From Candidatus Spongiihabitans thiooxidans (lineage in GTDB: Bacteria > Pseudomonadota > Gammaproteobacteria > Arenicellales > Poriferihabitantaceae), in contig LFLB01000022.1 of the NCBI GenBank assembly GCA_001543005.1, positions 243,956 through 307,955 of the forward strand: a stretch of 64,000 bases of DNA. Direction: 5' to 3'. Positions 1 through 10,400 of this stretch are shown piece by piece. Numbering within the stretch: position 1 is the stretch's first letter; the number at the start of each line of letters is the position of its first letter. Made by a program: the position numbers and the translations under genes. Under the pieces are notes generated by a model, which saw only the letters and a program-made list of their open reading frames with translations, searched no databases and had not been told where the DNA came from.

Positions 1-564
1 AACACGAACATGGCGCACCCGTCCATTAGCAACCTCAATCCCCTTCACTTGGTGGCGTGTGAAAATAGTGCCGCCCTTGCGCCGCACGTCATCAGCGAGA
101 AGATTCACCAATCGCCAAGACTGGACAGTGGCATCTGGAACGGAGAACGCTCTTAGCACGTTCCTGCTAATCGCTGGCTCTTCAGCCATGACCTGATCCG
201 GGTCCAACTCTTCCACAGGAATGTGTGCGTTTTGACATCCTGTAACAAACTTGTCGGCGAAATCGGGGGGGTCACCAGCAAGGGAGATAAAAAGCCCCCC
301 GGTCTGCTCCACAGCTTCAGGCGCCAAGTCGGCGACGATAAGGCGTTCTCGCATGCATTGCGCAGCATATTCGGTATCACTGACAGCGTAACGCGCACCA
401 CTTTGCAACATGCCATGGAAACGACTGCTGGTGCCACAGCCCAAGTCACCGAATTCAACCAGAGTCACATCAAACCGACGCAAGATCAGATCACGGGCGA
501 CGCCACACCCGGTCGCGCCGCCGCCTATTACTACCACCCGGGCGTTAGAGTTAATGGGCGGCAT
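1..564 (-). CDS. FAD-dependent glycerol-3-phosphate dehydrogenase-like oxidoreductase (GlpA/GlpD family), N-terminal 188 aa; the gene runs off the left edge
   Basis: Absent from the ORF track because it has no stop in the window. Hand translation of the minus strand from the ATG at 564 gives MPPINSNARVVVIGGGATGCGVARDLILRRFDVTLVEFGDLGCGTSSRFHGMLQSGARYAVSDTEYAAQCMRERLIV..., and the frame stays open to position 1. It shows a GxGxxG dinucleotide-binding fold followed by a GTSSR...H.G.RYA signature as in GlpA/GlpD. It overlaps the stop of the upstream permease by 14 nt. Confidence 0.65.
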   Translation of the reverse strand, partial: MPPINSNARVVVIGGGATGCGVARDLILRRFDVTLVEFGDLGCGTSSRFHGMLQSGARYAVSDTEYAAQCMRERLIVADLAPEAVEQTGGLFISLAGDPPDFADKFVTGCQNAHIPVEELDPDQVMAEEPAISRNVLRAFSVPDATVQSWRLVNLLADDVRRKGGTIFTRHQVKGIEVANGRVRHVRV

Positions 565-2560
565 CCAGACCGAGCTCCGATTTATGCTTTTGCACCCATG
601 CATTGATCAGGCGACCCGCCACGATAGCGATAAATGCGACACAAATCCCAGCAGTAACGCCGCGCCCGGGATCGACTTTCGACAACGCGATGAGCGTTTC
701 CTGACCAAGATCACGGGTACCGACCAGTGCCGTGATAATCAACATGCTAAGACCCATCATCAGAGTCTGATTTACCCCAAGCATGATGTCCGGGAGTGCC
801 AGCGGTAGTTGTACCCGTCTCAGAATTTGCATGCGGGTACACCCCATTGCGCGGGCGGCTTCTATCAAATGCGGGGCGACCTGCCGGATACCGTGATCGG
901 TGTAGCGAATCGCCGGTACTATCGCGTACATGACCACCGCAACCATGGCTGAGAACTCACCTACGCCGAACAACATGATAACGGGAATTAGATAAACAAA
1001 GGATGGCAATGTCTGCAATGTATCGATAATCACCTGCACAATATTATGAATGCGCTCATTCCCGGCGGAAATCACACCGATGGGAATACCGACAATGCTG
1101 GCGAGAAATACACAAACTCCGACAAGGTATGCCGAGATCATGGCTTTTTCCCACAACCCGACGATGGCAATAAACGAAATTAGCACAGTACAAAGGATAG
1201 CAAGGCGCAATCGTCCCAAATGATAGCCAACTGCGGAAATAAAAAGGACAGTTCCAAGCCAGGGCAAAGACAACATGAAACTCTTGGACGGTTTCAGAAG
1301 ATAGATGAAAAAGAACCGCCGGAAGCCGTCGATATAGTCGTACAGATTGATATTGATCCAATCAATGATATTGTCCCAGAACTTACCCGTGCTGAACGTC
1401 CAGGAATCGGGAACCCGAGAAATTACCGGAACCCAGTGTCCGATGATGGTTGTGCCGATGACAATAGCAACAATTATGGTCAACAACGCGTATTTTTTGC
1501 TAAACGACGGCGCGGTATTCCGATGCACTGGTCTGCGCGCCGCGAATTGCTGACTGATTCGATCCAGCACAACGGCAACTAGCGTAATTGCAATACCCGC
1601 CTCAGCACCCTGCCCGATGCGAAGGGCTTTCAGCGCCTGCCATACGTCAAAACCCAGACCACCGGCACCGATAAGCGAAGCAATAATAACCATGTTCAGT
1701 GTCAGCATGATTACTTGGTTGACACCCACCATTAGCCGAGGCCGAATCGACGGGAGCATAACTTTCCACATGAGCTGCCGGGCCGAACTCCCCGCTATGC
1801 GGCCAAACTCCACAGTTTCGCCACTCACTTGGGCCAAGGATATCCTGGTCACACGAGCCATCGGCGGCATGGCATAAATCAAAGTGACCACCATGGCGGC
1901 AGCCGGGCCATAACCAAACAACATCAACACAGGCACTAGATAGGCGAACACCGGCATAGTTTGCATAAAATCAAATGCTGGCATCAGAACTCTGTCCATG
2001 ACCACCCATTTGAACGCGGCAATGCCCAGCAGCAGGCCGGTAATAATACCGATCAATACAGCTACGATAATTGAGGCAAGGGTCAGCATGGTGCTTTCCC
2101 ACAGACCGACAAACGCGACATACAAAAAAGAAATAACAACAAAAACTGTTAAGCGCCGATCGCCCAGTGATGCAGCCAGCAACACAATGCCGATGGTTAT
2201 ACCGAGCCATGACAGAGGCGGGATATGCAACAACGCGTCATGTGCACCTTCAACCGTGAAACCGGTTACCAGCAGGCCTCTGAGAAACAGTACTGGGACA
2301 TTAAGTAGAGATCCAATAGCGCGAGTAAATTCCTTGAAGGTAAAAAGTCCGAGGTCAGCTTCATTGACCAGCCACTTGATTTTAACTGAGAGAGAATCTC
2401 CCAATGGGATGACCCATGTGCCTGGATAGTCGTTCGCCCAAGGTAGTGCCAACCACTGGAACTTAATCAAAATGACCGCGAGAATGGCTACAAAGATTAA
2501 AGCAATGCTTGGCTTTATGCGCGGCGGGGAAATCGCATGTATCAATTTCGTTTCGGTCAT
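551..2560 (-). CDS. ABC transporter permease, fused double-domain, glycine betaine/proline (ProW/OpuAB) type
   Basis: 669-aa polytopic membrane protein with two repeated permease halves, each carrying an EAA-like loop (e.g. EFGRIAGSSARQLMWKVMLP and IEAARAMGCTRMQILRRVQLP). It sits in an operon with a betaine-type binding protein. Confidence 0.8.
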   Translation of the reverse strand: MTETKLIHAISPPRIKPSIALIFVAILAVILIKFQWLALPWANDYPGTWVIPLGDSLSVKIKWLVNEADLGLFTFKEFTRAIGSLLNVPVLFLRGLLVTGFTVEGAHDALLHIPPLSWLGITIGIVLLAASLGDRRLTVFVVISFLYVAFVGLWESTMLTLASIIVAVLIGIITGLLLGIAAFKWVVMDRVLMPAFDFMQTMPVFAYLVPVLMLFGYGPAAAMVVTLIYAMPPMARVTRISLAQVSGETVEFGRIAGSSARQLMWKVMLPSIRPRLMVGVNQVIMLTLNMVIIASLIGAGGLGFDVWQALKALRIGQGAEAGIAITLVAVVLDRISQQFAARRPVHRNTAPSFSKKYALLTIIVAIVIGTTIIGHWVPVISRVPDSWTFSTGKFWDNIIDWININLYDYIDGFRRFFFIYLLKPSKSFMLSLPWLGTVLFISAVGYHLGRLRLAILCTVLISFIAIVGLWEKAMISAYLVGVCVFLASIVGIPIGVISAGNERIHNIVQVIIDTLQTLPSFVYLIPVIMLFGVGEFSAMVAVVMYAIVPAIRYTDHGIRQVAPHLIEAARAMGCTRMQILRRVQLPLALPDIMLGVNQTLMMGLSMLIITALVGTRDLGQETLIALSKVDPGRGVTAGICVAFIAIVAGRLINAWVQKHKSELGLDAAH

Positions 2561-2693
2561 GGACGCTATGTTGAATGAAGTAGAGAAACGTCCTTAAGTT
2601 GTTATCCATATTTGTACAATCAACATAGCTACGAAAGACTGTGACCGGTACCGAGCCTCGATCACAGTTTGTTACGCTTGTCGGGGAGAATAT

Positions 2694-3665
2694 CTATTCG
2701 AGCCAAGATTTCCATGTGCTCTCGTTGTCGGCAATCCACTTTTGTGCAACCGCTTTGGTATCCATACCTTCAACATCGGATTGGAACACCAACTCACCAG
2801 CAGTCTTTGCATCCAGCGTGAATTTGCGCCAAACGTCGTAGGCTTTTGGCCAGATCTTTTCGCCACCGGCCCACGCAGCCTTCCACATATGCCCGTTTGG
2901 CCGGCCACAGTCGTGGGTCATGCTGGAATTCACTCCCCAAGATGGATCGTCGTAACAGGCATCATCATATTCCGGCCATTTTACAAACTCGCCCGGATAC
3001 AATGCTGGAATCCAGTAGGGCTCCCATGACCATGCGATAATTGGTTGTTTTCGCTTGATTGCCGCTACCAAATCAGCAGAAAGAGCCCCATCGCTGCCAG
3101 CATTAATGACTTCGAAGTCAAGATCCAGCGCTGCGATCCGCTCCGGGTCGGTACCGCCCCATTCAAGCGGCCCGCTCAGGAAGCGTGCTTTGGGCTCGGT
3201 CTCAACCACCGAAAGAGCATTGACACAATCAGGTTCCAACAAGGCTTTCCAGTCAGGCAACCCCGGGCAATAATCTTTCACATACAGCGGATACCACCAG
3301 TCTTCGTTAACAGCGATACCGATATTTCCCATGTTAAGAACATTGCCAGATGAAAACGCTTCATCAAGAACTGCTTTGGCCGTTGTATCCCATCCAGGGG
3401 AAGCAATGTGAAGATCGCCCGCACCAACGCCAGTGAATTGGCCGATGTAATCAGCGGGCGTATATTCAACATTGTAGCCGAGTTTCTTAATCAGTTCTCC
3501 GTAGATAAACATGATGATGTTATCACCAGAGTAGCCCATCATAACGATTTTTACGGGGTCTTTTGATTCCGGGACATCGGCTTTGGCCACCGTCATCCCA
3601 GTGACGCCAAACGCCAGCCCCCAGATGATGGTGCGGATTAAGATTTTTCGAATAATTTTTAGCAT
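2694..3665 (-). CDS. ABC transporter substrate-binding protein, glycine betaine/choline (OpuAC/ProX-like) family
   Basis: The track ORF is 2694..3764. I place the start at the internal ATG 3665 (MLKIIRKILIRTIIWGLAFGVTGMTVAKA, a signal peptide) preceded by GGAGA. The mature part is rich in W/Y residues, typical of quaternary-amine binding proteins. Confidence 0.7.
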   Translation of the reverse strand: MLKIIRKILIRTIIWGLAFGVTGMTVAKADVPESKDPVKIVMMGYSGDNIIMFIYGELIKKLGYNVEYTPADYIGQFTGVGAGDLHIASPGWDTTAKAVLDEAFSSGNVLNMGNIGIAVNEDWWYPLYVKDYCPGLPDWKALLEPDCVNALSVVETEPKARFLSGPLEWGGTDPERIAALDLDFEVINAGSDGALSADLVAAIKRKQPIIAWSWEPYWIPALYPGEFVKWPEYDDACYDDPSWGVNSSMTHDCGRPNGHMWKAAWAGGEKIWPKAYDVWRKFTLDAKTAGELVFQSDVEGMDTKAVAQKWIADNESTWKSWLE

Positions 3666-3835
3666 TTCTATCTCCAGAGTATTTGTTGATATGTAAAAAT
3701 GGCTTGTAAAGCCAGTTTTTCCAAAGGCACGGACCACTATAACGGATATAACGCTAAATATCAATCATAAAAACTATCGTTTATGATTGATATTTGTTAA
3801 TGCAGAATTTTATTACTCATGCTATATAAGGTCTT

Positions 3836-4663
3836 ATGATGATGAAAAATCGAAATCCATCGACTCGCCGCGCCACCATTCAACGACAACTCCGTTTGGA
3901 TGGCACGGTTAGCGTTGAGTCCCTTGCAAGAGAACTGGATGTGTCTGTCGCCACCATCCGACGTGACCTGACGCTCCTGAATGACGAAGGATCGATCCAG
4001 CGGACACATGGCGGGGCAATAGCCACTGTAACACGCGGTGCCGACCAGGCTTTTGCATTACGTGAACAAATCGACCGTGACGGGAAACGCTTGATCGCCT
4101 GTGGTGCCATCGAGTTAATCGAGCCCGACCAGACTCTATTCATGAACGACGGGTCAACATTGCTGGCATTGGCGCGAGACCTGGTAGCATCAGGGATGAC
4201 GTTGACCGTGGCCACCCCAGGCATCAATATCGCAACCGCCTTGTCGGAAAATCCTGGCATCAACACCTATCTTGCCGGCGGTCTGGTCAGGCACAAAACT
4301 CTGGGGACGACCGGTGATTTCGTCGAGCATATGTTGTCCACCATCAACGCCGATATAGCATTCCTTGCTACCGAAGGCTTGTCCGTAGATGAAGGATTGA
4401 CTTATTCCTATGAAGCCGACGCAAAAATTGCCCGTATCATGCATGCGAAAGCGACCCGAACCGTGGTTCTGGCAACGGAGCGCAAACTTGGGCAGCGTGA
4501 CCGTATAACAGCTTTTCCGATATCCGGGATTGATGTGCTGATCACTGATTGCCGCCACGATAGCCAAGTTCAGGCATTCCGAAATCTGGGTGTTTCGGTG
4601 GTGGTGGTGACAAACAAAGAGCCCATCAAAAACAACTTTCAGATGGTGCCTGCACAAATGTAG
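3836..4663 (+). CDS. DeoR/GlpR-family transcriptional regulator
   Basis: N-terminal wHTH (VSVESLARELDVSVATIRRDLTLLNDEGSIQRTHGGA) plus a DeoR C-terminal sensor domain. It is divergent from the transporter operon. Confidence 0.85.
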   Translation: MMMKNRNPSTRRATIQRQLRLDGTVSVESLARELDVSVATIRRDLTLLNDEGSIQRTHGGAIATVTRGADQAFALREQIDRDGKRLIACGAIELIEPDQTLFMNDGSTLLALARDLVASGMTLTVATPGINIATALSENPGINTYLAGGLVRHKTLGTTGDFVEHMLSTINADIAFLATEGLSVDEGLTYSYEADAKIARIMHAKATRTVVLATERKLGQRDRITAFPISGIDVLITDCRHDSQVQAFRNLGVSVVVVTNKEPIKNNFQMVPAQM

Positions 4664-4683
4664 CGCACACAGGTAAAACCAAA

Positions 4684-5769
4684 ATGACAAGAGCAAGGCA
4701 CGACAACGTCGATACGGCCGACACAAGGGTAAAACTTTCATGCCACAATATCTGGAAGGTATTCGGCAGCAATGCCGAACAGTTCATGGCCCAACATGAC
4801 AACTCTCCTACACAACAGGATTTGCACCAAGCTGGACTCATAGCCGCTGTACGCAATGCCACGATAAAGATTGAGGAAGGCGAGATCTTCGTCATCATGG
4901 GATTATCCGGTTCTGGCAAGTCCACGCTAATGCGCTGCTTTTCAAGGCTGATTGAATCGACTATCGGAAGCGTACTGTTTGATGGACAAAATCTACAGGC
5001 TATGTCAGACGCGGAACTGAATGAAATCAGACGCCATAAGATGGGTATGGTGTTCCAGCATTTTGCCCTGCTACCACATCTGACTGTTATAGGAAATGTT
5101 GCGTTTCCGCTGGAAATACAGGGCGCCGACAAACATTCGCGTGAACAGCGTGCACTGGAAATGATCGAGCTGGTAGGACTCCAGGGGCGCGAGAACTATT
5201 ACCCGCAAGAGCTGTCGGGTGGGCAGCAACAGCGCGTGGGCATCGCTCGTTCATTAGCGGTGGAGCCTGACATCTGGTTTCTTGATGAACCCTTTTCTGC
5301 CCTTGACCCACTGATACGACGTGAAATGCAGGATGAGTTCATGCGCCTGCAAAGTGTACTTCACAAAACCATCATCTTTATCACTCATGATTTTGACGAG
5401 GCAATCAAACTCGCGGATCGTATAGCCATCATGAAGGACGGAGAGATTGTTCAGATTGACACACCTGAGAAATTGGTGCTTGCTCCTGCGACAGACTACG
5501 TCAAAGAATTCACCATAGGAATTTCCCGCTCCAAGGTGCTGTCAGTAAAATCAATCATGGCAATCGCAATGCCCGGGGAAAGCGACCGCACATCCCTATC
5601 AGTAGCGGAACATGCGAAGATTGACGACATTGCGCCCACGGTCATCGACAGCGGCGGCGATGCCCTAGTGGTGAATACTAACGGTCAGCCGACCGGAATA
5701 TTGACTCGGCAGGCTGTCATCGACGTGCTGATAAACAGAAGAGAGTCCAAGCACAGCACTTTGCCATGA
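4684..5769 (+). CDS. ABC transporter ATP-binding protein, ProV/OpuAA type with a C-terminal CBS-like region
   Basis: Walker A GLSGSGKST, signature LSGGQQQRVGIAR, Walker B IWFLDEPFSALD, and an extended C-terminus as in ProV. Confidence 0.85.
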   Translation: MTRARHDNVDTADTRVKLSCHNIWKVFGSNAEQFMAQHDNSPTQQDLHQAGLIAAVRNATIKIEEGEIFVIMGLSGSGKSTLMRCFSRLIESTIGSVLFDGQNLQAMSDAELNEIRRHKMGMVFQHFALLPHLTVIGNVAFPLEIQGADKHSREQRALEMIELVGLQGRENYYPQELSGGQQQRVGIARSLAVEPDIWFLDEPFSALDPLIRREMQDEFMRLQSVLHKTIIFITHDFDEAIKLADRIAIMKDGEIVQIDTPEKLVLAPATDYVKEFTIGISRSKVLSVKSIMAIAMPGESDRTSLSVAEHAKIDDIAPTVIDSGGDALVVNTNGQPTGILTRQAVIDVLINRRESKHSTLP

Positions 5770-5899
5770 TACTTGCGATTGGAATAATTTGGTTTGAAAT
5801 TTTTTTACCGAACGACTGGCCCGCGTCACGATCGACAACCACTGGCTGTAAGTCCGCGGGTTCTTACTTATTTGCAACTAGCTTAATTTATAGTCAGGC

Positions 5900-7015
<1,116 letters not shown>

Positions 7016-7378
7016 CTAATCCACCCTGCAAGAATTCTAATTTTTCGTCCCGATAATTTACCGGGGTGTTTAATTACGTGGTCGGCAGCAAAGTCAAATA
7101 ATCCCATTCATTCCCCACAGGTTTTACATTATCAAAAGCCAACTTTAACATTTTAAATCGATATTTTCTACCCGTAGCCTCTTCTCCAATGTGAAATGAG
7201 TCTGAAATGGGCTGATTTCTGTTCATGATGGGGAATCAATACCCACATGAACAACACCCTTCCCCTTTTTGATCTGAGAAAAGAACAGGTTTGCGAGGGT
7301 GAAACGCGGAGCCGTTTAAAATACCGAATTTGGATACGGTTAGCTCGGTATCAAAAAAGCGGAATCCTGCAATCTATA

Positions 7379-7407
7379 TTGACTGAACACCACGATGCCA
7401 TTACACT
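7379..7407 (+). promoter_or_regulatory. Candidate sigma70-type promoter for the cas operon
   Basis: TTGACT (7379-7384), a 17-nt spacer, then TACACT (7402-7407), about 45 nt upstream of the cas9 ATG. Sequence match only. Confidence 0.3.
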
Positions 7408-7452
7408 GTTTGGCGGTTCAACTTTGAATTACTTAGTCGTCAGGAGAAAAAA

Positions 7453-10400
7453 ATGAAAATAATTTCACCCATTGCGATTGACATGGGGGCAAAGAATACG
7501 GGGGTTTATCTTAACCACTTTGAACAAGGGGAAGATCCAACCACCAGCGGCAATATAGCAGGAAAGACGATTGTTATCGACAGCAGTAAAATCACTTGGT
7601 CGCAGGCTGGTCGAACGCAAAAACGTCATCAAGTTAGGGGTAATAAACGCCGAAAACTTGCGAAACGATTAATAAAAGTAATTTTAAAATCGCACTATGA
7701 ACTTGACATAGAGGAAAAGCAATTAGAGTTTTTAATGGGATTGCTCAACCGACGAGGCTACAATCGCATTGAACTAACACCGGAGCAAGAAGAAGTTTTA
7801 AGTACCAAAGCGGTTACTGAGTTCTTCTTTCCGCGCCTTTTTACTGAGCCAAGCACTGGCGTTTCGCTTTTGGATGGGCTGTCCGATAGAGTTATTATTA
7901 AAAACAAGGATAACCAAGACTATTGGAAAAGTGTTTTAAAAGATGATGTTTTCTCTTTGTCTGGAAAACAAAACAAAGAGTTTAAGGACTACTTAGCCCT
8001 TCATGACAAGGGAAAGGATAAAGATGAAATAGCAGATCTTTCCAAAGCGTTCACTGCAATCAAACAAGTTATTGGAAAGCAAATAGAAAATTATGATAGC
8101 GGTCATTTGCACCGCAGAGACTACTTGGAAAACATCAAGAAAGATGTACAAAATGAATTACTTAAATCTTTGCTGAGCGGCGATTTAACTGCCGAAAAAT
8201 TGTCCTTCCTGATTGGAAATGTTAGCAATCTGCAACTCAGAGTTTTACGAAAATATTTTAACGATTATGGTATGCAGTCAGGCGACAAGTGGGCACCAGA
8301 CAAACTGCACGAATTCTTTTTTAAGTGGGTAAGAAGTTGGCATTGTAAGCAGGATGATGAAAGAACGAACCAAAGGACTCTATTGGCTCGGAAGGGAAAG
8401 GACATTCTCGAAGTGTTCACCACATCTAACCCCGAGCTAAGCATCCCGCCATATGAAGACCAAAACAATCGGCGACCGCCGAAGGATATGACCTTGCGAT
8501 TAAAACCAAAAGGTTTAGATAATAAATTATCCAACTGGGAAAGTATTACTCGGTCATTGGTTAAGAGTTATTGTATGCCCCAAACCGAAAAAAATATTAT
8601 AGAACCTGTATGTATTCAAAAAAACCTGAAGGATAATGTGCGCCCGCAAAAGATAAAGGGCGAGGTCCAAGACACTGAACAAAGGCAAATACTAGCGGAT
8701 ACACTGCATCGTATTTTAGATCGAACCATTAAATTAGATCCTTACAAGTTGCGGTGGCTTAGTGAGGGGAGCAAAACCGATGAAGCGCAAAAAGCAAAGG
8801 AAGTATTGAACAGGCATAGCGAAAACAAAGCCGACGCTATTATCGATTTTGCAAAAGAATATTACGATGAAGTGGATATTGCGAAACAGGGTTTGTGGTC
8901 GGATAGTGAACAGAGTTTGTTTTTTAGATGTAATACCAATCCGCCTCATAAAAACAAGATTCAGCATAACCTTATTAGTCATATTTTGGGCGAAAATTTA
9001 AATGAACAAAGATTAAGCTACTTTGTGGATGACTGCTGGAATGAAAAAATAGGACGTTTAACCATTAAGGGCATTGCTAAAAAAACGGAAGAAGAACGCA
9101 AAAAATACGGCAACCGTTTTAAACATTTGGTGCAAAGACAAGTTTGGTTAAATAAACAAGGTGACAGGGAATTAGATAACGAAAGAAAGCATGGTGTTAA
9201 TGGCAAAGTTATTTTAGAAGTTCATGAAAAGTGTTTAAAAGCAACTGATAAAATTGCCGAATATTTTACGCACAATGATAGAAAGAAAAAGATTTATGCC
9301 AATGTTTTCAGCATGGCGCAACTTTACAATATTTTAGAAACCAATATTCGGGGATTTAGTAAAACTGATAATTGGAACACGATTGAAAACGCATGGCGTT
9401 CACGGAAAGATGACGCGGATGAACAAGGCGAGTATATTGCCAATGCTGTCAGGCTAACGGCTGATAGCATTCGCCCGTTTGATGGCATGCTGGACAGGAT
9501 TATCAGTCGTCAAGCCTATGAAATAGCTGGTATGAAAATCCAACAAATTGGAAACTTAAAGATTGATACAAATGATACTTTGTTTGTGCCTATTTTTATG
9601 GAGCAAAACCGTTTTTCATTTGAACAAAGTTTGCATGAAATAAAGGGCTTAAAAAATGTTAAAAAGAAAGCTAAAGAAAGAGTAGAAAAAGGCTTAAAGA
9701 AACAAAAAACACAATGGCAAAATAAAGACGATAGAATTAAGAAAAATAAATATTGTCCTTACACTGGCGGGATTATTGGCAAAGGTGAAATTGATCATAT
9801 AATTCCACAAAGTGAATCCAAAAAGCGCGGTGATGTGGTGTTTAACTCCGAGGCAAATTTAATTTATTGCTCTGGAACCGGCAACCATACAAAAGGCAAT
9901 GTTAGATGGACATTTGAGCAATTACACCCTAACTATTTAAACGAAGTTTTTGCAGGTGAAACCAACATAAAACAAACCATTATTGATTTTGTAAATGGTT
10001 TGGATGAAAACGATCCGATTAGTTTTCATAATTTAGAGGGAAAAGAGCAAAATTATTTACGCCACGCCCTATTTATTTCAGATTTAGACAGTAAAACTTT
10101 TCCAATCCTCAACACCCGATATAAAACTTTTGTCAATGGAACGCAAGGCTATCTTGGTAAGAAAATCCGAAAATTGTTGCAAGATAAATACCCAAATGTA
10201 GAGATAAAAACCTATCAAATACCAGCTCAAGAAGTCAGCCAATTACGAAAAGTTTTGGGTAGTCTTGACAAAACCTCTAAAAAACAAGATATACAAAGTG
10301 CTTTTTCACATGTGGTGGATGCTTCATTGGTGTTAGCCACTGCTTTGCAAAACCCTAAAATAGCCGAGGAATTGCAATCCACTAATGTAACTGAACTCAG

